Shown here one piece after another: positions 13,466-21,499 of a stretch of DNA of 64,000 nt. The stretch is taken from assembly GCF_048593235.1 (NCBI RefSeq), contig NC_133618.1, forward strand, positions 498,623,675 to 498,687,674, given 5' to 3'. The position numbers were made by a program, and so were the translations under genes. Each line of letters opens with the position of its first letter. Position 1 is the stretch's first letter. The stretch comes from Sminthopsis crassicaudata (taxonomy: Eukaryota). The notes under the pieces are model-generated. The model did no database searches. It was not told the origin of the DNA and worked only from the letters and a program-made list of their open reading frames with translations.

Positions 13466-16400
13466 ATTAATTAGCTTGGTCCCTTTTCTCTTTAATCCAT
13501 CAGCCTTTTTCTTCTCGCCAACATATTCTTTACCCAACTAATCCTACTAATCCATTTTCCCCACACTAATCCATTCAGGATTCCAATGTTAAAACTGAAA
13601 GAGAACTAACTTGGAGATCCTCTAATTCAGAGGTTCTTAGTTTGGAGTCCATCAACTTATTTATAAAAAATGTTCTGATAGCTATATTTCAATATAATTA
13701 GTTTCCTTTGTAATCCTTTGATTTTATTTTGTACAACTGAAAATATTATTCTGAGAAGGGGTCTATGACACAGAAAATGGTTGAGTCCCGCTCTATTCCA
13801 ACTTCTTCCTTACAAAAAGGAGGAAAATGAGATCCAGGAAGATGACATTAATTAACCAAGGTCACACAACTATTACTAATAGCTAGCATTTACACAGCAT
13901 TTTTTTTTTTTAAAGGTTTGCAAGTACTTTACATATAGTGACAGAACTTATTTGAGTCACACTAACCCTGGAAGGCAGATGCTATTATTATCTCCATTTT
14001 ATAGAGGAGGAAATTGAGACTGAGAAAAATTAAATGACTTGACCAGTGTCACACAGTTGGTATATTTGATCCTGGATTTGAATTTGTCTTTCTCACTCCA
14101 AATCCAAATGTTTTATGCACTGGACAACCTAGCTGCCAGTAAGAAACAGAATAAAAATGGAACTCAGTTTCCCTAACTCCCTACACAATACTTTACATCA
14201 TAAATATTAATCACTTTTACTATATTCTCTCTAATACTGTTCCAAACTTCCCAGATCAGACTATCCTTCCCTGTGTATCCCCATATGCCACCCTACCTCA
14301 ATCCCCATGCTACCTGGGAAACGAGACCATTGAGTTGTTCTGAGATCTGCCGTAGAGTTTCAGTAGAAGACAGAGATCTGAAAGACATGCAAAAATGAGG
14401 TTCAATACAACTGGGTAGAAAAAGGGCACAGAGACTAAGATGACTTAGACCCCTAGGCCTCTTAGGGAGACATGTGCTCTTGATACACTCACTTGCTTTC
14501 ATCCATAGGACTCGGACCGTTTTCAATATCACAATTCTGTTAGGAAGGAAATAAAAAAGGTGAGGTCACAAATTTGATATAATTACCACCCAGAGACAGA
14601 ATGGGCCCTGCTAATTCCAACATCTCCTCCTCCTTCCTATTCCAGGGCAGCCAAATGAGATAGAAAGCCCAGACTTGGTCTTACCTCAGTCATGGGTTCA
14701 CTTAAGCCAAAGGAGTAGATCCCTTAACTCTGGGAACCAAGCTACCCAGGAAAAGGGAAGAAGGAAGAATCCCAAAGGAATATATGTATCAGACAGGTAT
14801 AATCCTGTCAGGGACAAAGTTGCGATGACGAACAAGTGGGATGGTAAGAACACAAACCTGAGGTGAGGCCATGCTAGTGGGGCAGGGGGGACTGGTACGG
14901 GGGGAATGGGCACTGCCAAAGGGCACGGTGACATCTGCAGGCAGCAGGGCAGGAGCAGCACTGTCTCTGGATGCCTGTTACAGAACAAAGCAAGGGGGTT
15001 ACAGGGACATGCAGGGAAGGAGAACACTGGCAGATCTCTGGATAAAGATGGAATGTGTGATAAGGGAGGTGGTGAAGGGGAAAAAATGAAGAGATGCTTT
15101 TCTGCTAGGGAAATAACTCTTGCAGTAGTCAAGTAATGGCTGCATTCCAGAATTTGGACCGAGTGTCCATTCTATCCTCAGGTCCCTTCAAGGAATGAGT
15201 GTGAGAAGGTCAAAGTTCTGAGTAGGGATGGTACAATCACCTTTACACAGAAAAGATGGCAGCAAAAGACTCTAACATCTGTAGCAGGTACACTGTCAGA
15301 GAGGGAGGACAGAACGTAGCCAAAGGAAAGAGATTACTGTCCAAGAAATCTAATTTACTGGAACCCTCTCTCTGCTGCCTATCTAGTAGTGAATTTAGGG
15401 ACGCTCAAACATGCAACCATGCTTGGCAGACTTACTTCCTATATACCCTCAATCCCATTTCTGGGATCAATGGATCCAGTTCTCCTCAAAGATAAATTAC
15501 CTAACTAGGGTACTGAGAACAAACTACAACTATATCACCATCATCACCCAAACTTCTCTGCTCCAGGAAGATCCCTTTAGTCAAATAGCCATTCCAGGTG
15601 CAAGACAGCAATGGCTATCGAAGACCATCTTCCTGACTCCTGGCATCTTGGAGATTTCAATTCTTCCCTCTTTGAGGCAGTAAATCCAGAGCACTATTAT
15701 AGTTGAAGATCTGGTATTCTGGGAAATAAGGTATAATCCCTTTGCCTTCCCTTACTGGTTCTGCCTAATAACCTTTACTCCAAGCCTCAACCTATGAAAG
15801 AGATTCAACTCCAGATGAAAGCCCAAATTACCCATAATTTATATTAGGAATCCAAGGGACACCCATCTTCTTGGAAGCTCACTAGGAGAAGAGAACGAGA
15901 TTGTCTTTATCCTAACTAAGCAAGTCCAGTTTTGGATAGAAATGGGATATGAAAAATGCAACTGTCTAAGGAAACTTCAGCTTGGTGAGGAAAGGAAAAG
16001 CATTTTTACGTGGGGGGAAATGGAAGTGCTCCTTTAAATTTCCAAAGTCATTTCACTCTCCTGATATAGAAGAGCAAAGGTAAGACTCAGTAATGGACAT
16101 ATAGTGCCTTCTGCCTACTATGCTATGATCACTGCCTATTAGGCCTAGTTTTGCCCTGCCATTTTCTAAGATTTTGGTCATTGATTAACACAGATGTAAT
16201 GCTATTCATTTTATAAGTAAGGAAAATGAGTTCCAGAAATGCTACAGTTAAGGACCTAAGCCAAAGTACAGGGGCAAGTAGTAATTGGCAACACTGGGAT
16301 TAAAACCCAGATCACCTCACTCTAAATCCTGTGTTTTTTTCACTGTACCAATAAGTTGCCATATATCTGTAAAGGATGGTTTAAAATACCTATTTTTCTA

Positions 16401-19400
16401 CTTGTTCTCTCCACCATCCAAAATGTTTTCCCCTACCAATGCTTTAGTTTCCAGAAATTTTACAATTTTATCTAGGACCACCCCGACTTGCTACTTTTAG
16501 AAATAAAGGGCAAGGGAAATGAAAAGGAAACTGCTAAGAGGAAGAGAGAGTCAAAAGGAAATCCAATTTGGGTGATCTGTTATGTCCAAGTGATTTCATA
16601 AAGCCTCTCAAATCTCAAAGTACTTTTGATTAAAAACTCTATTAAGCATATATTCTATTTTGTGTTGCAGTCACTTGTGTATAACTTTAATCTCCTTTCC
16701 ATGTCTATCAGTTCCCTGAGGGGAGGGTCATGTTTTATTTGGCTTTTATTAACCTCAGTGCTTCATACCATACCTTATGGAAGAAAGGTATTTAATACAT
16801 TTTAAATGAAGAAGTCCCAAAAAGAAGGGGGAGAGGTGGCCAGTAAAGGAAACCAAGTATCCAGTCATAGAATAAACCTTAGTAATGAAATAGTCTAGGC
16901 ACCTTCATGATCCATATTAAGACAGAGAATAAGGTCTCACAACTCCTTAGTGGCAGAATTGAATTTCCTTTCTCCTTAGATGTGTGTGTATATATATCTA
17001 TCTACATAGAGATATAGAGATATAGATAGATAGATAGATATCAGTGGTCTTTCTTCTAACACCACATTGTCTCTTCCTCAAGTAGACAAGGTAATCCACT
17101 TCACTTTTCCCTATCTGGCTAATCAGGTGTGAGAAGTTCTGAAAAACTAAAGTACCAAGTACGTCTTTCTTCCTCATCAAAGTCAATAGTTGACCTTTTC
17201 CATTCTTTTACCCATGAACATCAGAAACAAGATCTTGGCCCAAGTTCAATCTCACTTCTCAGGTCTGGCAATCATCTCTTGTGCATGCTGTTGTAGAAAG
17301 AAATGCCAATATCACTTCCTGATGTGGATCACCTGCCAGTTGGTTTGGCAGAAGAAATCCAACTTCAGAAGGTGGGAATCACCACCTGTCGGCCTTCCAA
17401 CTTCACCTCTAGGGAACAGACTGGAACAAGAATTGGCAATCTCCTCCCTCTCCTGCCCCCCATCAATGGCTTGATCTAACTTCCTGTCCAATCCCTGAGG
17501 AATCCTGCCAACTGATATCCCAAGTACAGCTGGTAGCACTCATCAAGGCTAAGTAGGCAGTTTTTTCAATTCCACTGGGGCATCCACTCTACTGCAATTT
17601 GGGCTGCAATCCAAAGGGTGCTGTTCTCTGGAATCCCCTGACAATTTAGACTTAGAGCAGCCATTTGCCCAGTCTTCTTCCATTCCTCTAATCACTTTCT
17701 TTAATTTCCCTCCTCTTCTACAAGCAGCAAAAAGCACACTTTCTGGGAAATAAGGTATAATTCCCTTGCCTTCCCTTACTGGTTCTGCCTAATAACCTTT
17801 ACTCCAAGCCTCCATTTCAAAAAAGCTCTCCAGCCCTCTGCCCACTCCTACATTTTTGTACTTTAGTATCTCACCCTGCCTACCCAACAAGGCTCTTTTT
17901 CCTATGCTTCTCAACCATTTCTTTATGGGAAGACTTTTTAAGGCACCTCAAAAAGAAGAGACTCCCCATTTAAAACAATCCTCTATCTGGAAGCACTAAA
18001 ACCATCTCAGACAGATAACCACCTAGTTCTTTTTTAATGTAGTCTATTCCTATAAGTGCTCTGGAGCAGTTTGGAGTAGTATAAGTACATAATAGCCTGT
18101 TTCACTGTCACACCTTCCTTACAGAAAAGATAGTCCCTCCTAAAATCTAACATGAATCTCTCCAGTTACAATATGAATCCACCTTTTCTTTCCTTATCCC
18201 AAACCATTACTTCTCAAAAATCCAAAATTTCATCCCACCTTAGTTGGACAGAAGGTCTAAGGACAGACCCAGCTGATTTTGTATAGTGACCAACAGAACA
18301 GAAATTTTTAAAAGGAGTCTCTCCTGGCTCTCTACCATTAGCTACAGAATATATTTCACTTCCTTCTAAATAACAAAGGGATGGGAGAGGGGGGAAATCA
18401 CAACCAACCAAGTAGGTGAACGTGAAGGAGTGATCAGGCCGCCATGGATTAATGACAGCAACAGAAAACTCAAGCATGAGGTCATCCCCAAACCCAGAGA
18501 AGTCTTAGGGGCATGCAGAGCTGGGCAAGCAAGCCAGTGAAGAGGGGACCTCGGCACTGTCTCACCTTCCGCTTGTCCAATGGGGGTAGCGCTACCCCAT
18601 TGGAACGGTTAAGGTCGGACACCAGCACCTTCAGAATGTCCTGAATCTACAAGAGGCGAAAAAGGAGAAACAAAAAGGGAGGAAGAGAGAAAGAGAGGTG
18701 GCTTAGAGGAGAAAGAGTTGGGAAGGGTGAAAGGGATGGGTCTGAGGAAATGGGGGTGAGGATGGGGACTGAAGGTGGCTAGAGTAAGGACCCAATCCAT
18801 AGACAGGGGTTGGGCATAGCCTTCCTAACATTTACTTTTAGCCTTGCCATTTTATTAATACAATTCAGAAGAACTATCGAGAAGTTCACAGAATTACAAA
18901 AATCTAAAACAACAAAGCCAGAAGTCATGTCTAAAATTACCTAGTACATCTTTTACTTCCTTTAAACTTAGGTTTAAAGGAGTGAAGTGACTTGTACAAG
19001 TCATACAGTAAGTAGCAGAAAAGGGACAAGAAACTAGATCTATTTGATTTCCAATTTCCAGGTCTTTCTTTACCCCCACCACGACTTTCTTAGTATCTTA
19101 GAGGAAAGGGTAGTTTGGTGCTCTTTTCATTTGTAAAGTTTCTTCTGGGGATGGGAGAAAACTGTCAGCTGAGTCAGGTCCACAAACTCAAATAACTCTC
19201 CCTTTCTCCATTATTCCAAGGGAGTATTTCTAGTTAAGACTCACATCCTCAGGAGAGTGTCGGCCACCTGATGGAGGAGTCTCAGGGTTACTGCCATCTT
19301 TTGTTTTCCTTTTCTTCTTGGCTCCTGCTGGGGCACTGGGACTGGTCTTCTGCTGATACTCCTTCAACTGCAAGAAGGAAAAAGTTAGGATTGGAAAGGG

Positions 19401-21150
19401 TACGGGGTCATGATCCAGGCAAATACTTCCCCAGGGGAGTATAATTTTACAAAAAGTTGGGCTCAAGAAGAAAGCATATTATGGCTGAGAGATCAAACAG
19501 CTAAGTTTGGATTCCAACTTTGCCCAAAGGCTATCTAGGTGCTGAGAAATGATTCACAGCTCGGATGTTCAGTTTCTTTAACAAGTCATACTTCCGTGGT
19601 GCTTCAAGATTTACAAAGCCTGTTCCTCAGAACTAGTTGGTTTTAAAAGAAGGGGAAATGATTTGCCCAGATATTAATTGTGAGAATCTGGACTCTCAGG
19701 TGTCCTGGCTCTAAGACTTCTGCCACCCCTTAAAAGTAACTTCTCTGACAACCGTAATAGCATTCCTTCCGTTTTAAGTCCTCTCCATTCCCTGGTAGAT
19801 AAGCACATTTTATCCCAGAGGAGAGTGAATGAAAAACAAGAGTGTGTGGAGGAAAAGTTTGAAGGAAAAAATCATGGACCTTTCAAAAGAGTTGCAATCT
19901 GGGCAGACACAATCCTCTCATTCGTTTTTCAAGCATGTTTTGAATCTTTGAGAGCATAAAACAAGGAAGTGGATAAATTTAAGAGATTACTGTCATCATT
20001 ATCATCTTCCGTGTTAGGTCTCAGAATGTGATGCAGTCATTCCTGTTCTTTTAGGCTTCCTCTGAAAGTGTGTTTCAAAGAGACTCAAGAATTTTCCCAG
20101 AGGTAGTAATTTTAAAAATCCTGTCCCTTTTCCCAGGCCAGAAGGTTATAATGACAGCTTGGAAAGGGGGATGGTTACCTAATCTCATTCTAAATTCTCC
20201 CCATGAGTTACTCAGAGGGAAAAAATTATCTATTCCCCTCCCATAATATTATCCTACATATGTGTGGGTCCTTCCACCCATCCCTTCCCCCAAACTACCC
20301 CACCATCCCTAACTCTGGACCCCCAGTCTGGATCTGAGGCAAAGGGAATCCCCTTCCCTCCTCCCTTCCCCATCATAGAGGGGAGGAAGAGTGTAGAACA
20401 GGCTGGAAGAGGTTTGGGAAGGGCCCCGAGGAAGTCCGGGACGGCGTCGGATTCCCACAGAGCGGGCGGGGCAGGCCTAACAGCTGGCTTGCCCAAGCCT
20501 TCACCTTGGGGCCCTCCTGGGGTATCGGGGTTTGGGGAGAGTGGGGGTGGGGAGCTACAGGAGCGGCGGGACAAGGAGGGGGGCATCTCCCTCCGGCACC
20601 AGCGGTGAAGGGGGGGCCGGAGGTGAGGCCTTTCCGGGAGGCCAACAGCTGGGCCTGACGTCACGGCCCGAGCCCGGGCCCGGGGAGAGGGTGTCACGGG
20701 CCCAAAGTCACCAAGGGGGCGGCGGGGGAGGGGCGTGGGGCGTCAGGGTTTTGAGGAAGTCCTGGGGGGGGTTCGAGGCGCGGACCTGTGAGGTCAGGGA
20801 CGGAGACTACGAGACTGAAGCCGAGGACCCTGAGGGGATCGAGGAGAGGGAAGGGGCGGGAGAGGAGGGCGCTTCAGAGACAGGCGAAGGAAACCCGAAG
20901 AGGCTGAGGGGGACGATCAGAAGGGATCCGGAAGGGGATCTGTGAGGATCTGAGAGAACCACCGAGAGGCTGGATCGGGGAGGGGGTCTGTCAGGGCCCA
21001 GACGGCGAGAAAGGAAGGGGCGGGGCCGAGCCCGCGAGTGTAGGGGCCGCCTCAAGAGCGATTACCTTCTTTTTGGCCGCGGCCAATTTGCTCTGCCGGG
21101 TCTCGTCCGCCATCCCGAGCCGGGGAGGGGGAAGGCGGGGGGGGCCACAT
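3620..21150 (-). CDS. GOLGA2: Golgin subfamily A member 2 (GM130), whole gene, 27 coding exons
   Basis: 27 GT-AG exons in continuous phase give 3063 nt from the ATG at 21113 (1020 aa). N-terminus [16 protein letters not shown], long coiled coil, C-terminal GRASP65-binding ...[16 protein letters not shown]. Confidence 0.97.
3958..4126 (-). CDS. GOLGA2: GOLGA2 exon 26
   Basis: [20 protein letters not shown]...; AG and GT flanks. Confidence 0.93.
4274..4380 (-). CDS. GOLGA2: GOLGA2 exon 25
   Basis: [35 protein letters not shown]. Confidence 0.95.
4611..4713 (-). CDS. GOLGA2: GOLGA2 exon 24
   Basis: [34 protein letters not shown]. Confidence 0.95.
4800..5006 (-). CDS. GOLGA2: GOLGA2 exon 23
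   Basis: [29 protein letters not shown]...AMEKLQ. Confidence 0.93.
5230..5318 (-). CDS. GOLGA2: GOLGA2 exon 22
   Basis: [29 protein letters not shown]. Confidence 0.92.
5541..5687 (+). mobile_element. WSINE1-like CORE-SINE
   Basis: tRNA-like head gcagctaggtggcacagtggatagagc, CORE ctgggcaagtcacttaac, A tail. Confidence 0.85.
5738..5813 (-). CDS. GOLGA2: GOLGA2 exon 21
   Basis: [25 protein letters not shown]. Confidence 0.92.
5894..6118 (-). CDS. GOLGA2: GOLGA2 exon 20
   Basis: [32 protein letters not shown]...ELLQTQ. Confidence 0.95.
6665..6778 (-). CDS. GOLGA2: GOLGA2 exon 19
   Basis: [38 protein letters not shown]. Confidence 0.95.
7228..7565 (-). CDS. GOLGA2: GOLGA2 exon 18
   Basis: [25 protein letters not shown]...LQNGFVKL. 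Confidence 0.95.
8470..8557 (-). CDS. GOLGA2: GOLGA2 exon 17
   Basis: [29 protein letters not shown]. Confidence 0.93.
8696..8803 (-). CDS. GOLGA2: GOLGA2 exon 16
   Basis: [36 protein letters not shown]. Confidence 0.93.
8898..8987 (-). CDS. GOLGA2: GOLGA2 exon 15
   Basis: [30 protein letters not shown]. Confidence 0.93.
9181..9362 (+). repeat. Purine-rich tract ending in a (GA)n microsatellite
   Basis: Nearly pure A/G tract, with an uninterrupted GA repeat over roughly the last 70 bp. Confidence 0.95.
9400..9990 (+). mobile_element. L3/CR1 3' fragment, interrupted by a probable old DNA-transposon remnant (~9540-9690)
   Basis: CR1-type motifs cagttctgggcaccacatt and ttaacctggaaaaaaagaaacttagaggggacatgatagctg; boundaries approximate. 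Confidence 0.55.
10211..10352 (-). CDS. GOLGA2: GOLGA2 exon 14
   Basis: [24 protein letters not shown]...MTELMLQQ. Confidence 0.94.
10526..10705 (+). mobile_element. OC1 (OposCharlie1)-like hAT MITE, left terminus eroded
   Basis: caaactttttaaatagggggccagttcactgtccctcagactgttggagggcc ... ggcccgcgggccgtagtttgagaacctctg (hAT-Charlie terminal sequence). Confidence 0.7.
10895..10953 (-). CDS. GOLGA2: GOLGA2 exon 13
   Basis: [19 protein letters not shown]. Confidence 0.94.
11375..11481 (-). CDS. GOLGA2: GOLGA2 exon 12
   Basis: [35 protein letters not shown]. Confidence 0.94.
11669..11762 (-). CDS. GOLGA2: GOLGA2 exon 11
   Basis: [31 protein letters not shown]. Confidence 0.95.
11838..11900 (-). 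CDS. GOLGA2: GOLGA2 exon 10
   Basis: [21 protein letters not shown]. Confidence 0.93.
12039..12077 (-). CDS. GOLGA2: GOLGA2 exon 9
   Basis: [13 protein letters not shown]; cccacag acceptor, gtaaaa donor. Confidence 0.9.
12134..12281. other. Assembly gap (148 N)
   Basis: N run in GOLGA2 intron 8; exons 8 and 9 join in frame, so no coding exon appears to be missing. Confidence 1.
12992..13072 (-). CDS. GOLGA2: GOLGA2 exon 8 (81 nt, symmetric)
   Basis: [27 protein letters not shown]. Confidence 0.94.
13246..13305 (-). CDS. GOLGA2: GOLGA2 exon 7
   Basis: [20 protein letters not shown]. Confidence 0.93.
13401..13458 (+). repeat. (CA)n microsatellite
   Basis: About 29 CA units. Confidence 0.97.
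13628..13790 (+). mobile_element. Old hAT-Charlie-type MITE fragment
   Basis: cagaggttcttagtttggagtccat ... ttctgagaaggggtctat; a related copy lies at ~52760-52920. Confidence 0.45.
14314..14377 (-). CDS. GOLGA2: GOLGA2 exon 6
   Basis: [21 protein letters not shown]. Confidence 0.94.
14493..14536 (-). CDS. GOLGA2: GOLGA2 exon 5
   Basis: [14 protein letters not shown](K); 44 nt, phase matches exon 6. Confidence 0.88.
14858..14974 (-). CDS. GOLGA2: GOLGA2 exon 4
   Basis: [39 protein letters not shown]; divergent but phase 0/0 and similar to human TPKDNAA...SMAASQ. Confidence 0.82.
15717..15788 (+). repeat. 72-bp direct repeat, copy 1
   Basis: 70/72 identical to 17741-17812. Confidence 0.92.
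17741..17812 (+). repeat. 72-bp direct repeat, copy 2
   Basis: 70/72 identical to 15717-15788. Confidence 0.92.
18566..18646 (-). CDS. GOLGA2: GOLGA2 exon 3 (81-nt cassette exon)
   Basis: cttgtag|[27 protein letters not shown]|gtgag; nearly identical to the human alternative exon. Confidence 0.9.
19245..19367 (-). CDS. GOLGA2: GOLGA2 exon 2
   Basis: [41 protein letters not shown]; contains the SP site equivalent to the mitotic Cdk1 site and the basic NLS. Confidence 0.95.
21066..21150 (-). CDS. GOLGA2: GOLGA2 exon 1, coding part
   Basis: ATG 21113: [16 protein letters not shown]|gtaat. The upstream ATG at 21150 gives MWPP... but is 37 nt away, so out of frame by 1. Confidence 0.9.
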
Positions 21151-21437
21151 CACCGTGATCCCGGCAACCACCGCGGCATTCCATCCAGCAGCCACCGCGC
21201 CGCTCCCGCTCCTCCCATAGGGAGGATGAAGGGCGGGGTCGGACAGCGCCGCGCATCCCAGCGTCTGCGCCTGCGCCGATTTCCAGTACTCGCGCGCACG
21301 TCGTCCAGCCCCGCCCACGACGCTACTTGGCTCCCGCATTTCTATTCCTTCGAATTACTCCTGACTTGCGCGGGCTGTCCTTGCTCCTTGCGCTCGTCCT
21401 GGACCGGGAGTGAGCCTCGGCCCGCCCGCTGGCAGCC

Positions 21438-21499
21438 CTGGAGTCCCACTCGCTGCAGAAACCCTCGGGAGGGGAGCCTAGGACCCCGGGCCCCCGGAG
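21438..21499 (+). CDS. SWI5: SWI5 coding exon 1 (putative CTG start)
   Basis: gcagccCTGG context; (M)ESHSLQKPSGGEPRTPGPR(R)|gtgcga, similar to human ...RGPRTPGLRR; in-frame TGA at 21411 and no in-frame ATG. Confidence 0.7.

Noticed and set aside
17190-17740. Several 60-95 aa ORFs in GOLGA2 intron 3
   Set aside because: No recognisable domain or consistent splice sites; possibly decayed retroelement sequence, but I cannot assign a family
15717-17812. 72-bp repeats as LTRs, CRISPR repeats or a snoRNA/miRNA pair
   Set aside because: No TG...CA ends or ERV interior, only two copies, no C/D or H/ACA boxes and no long hairpin; kept only as an unexplained duplication
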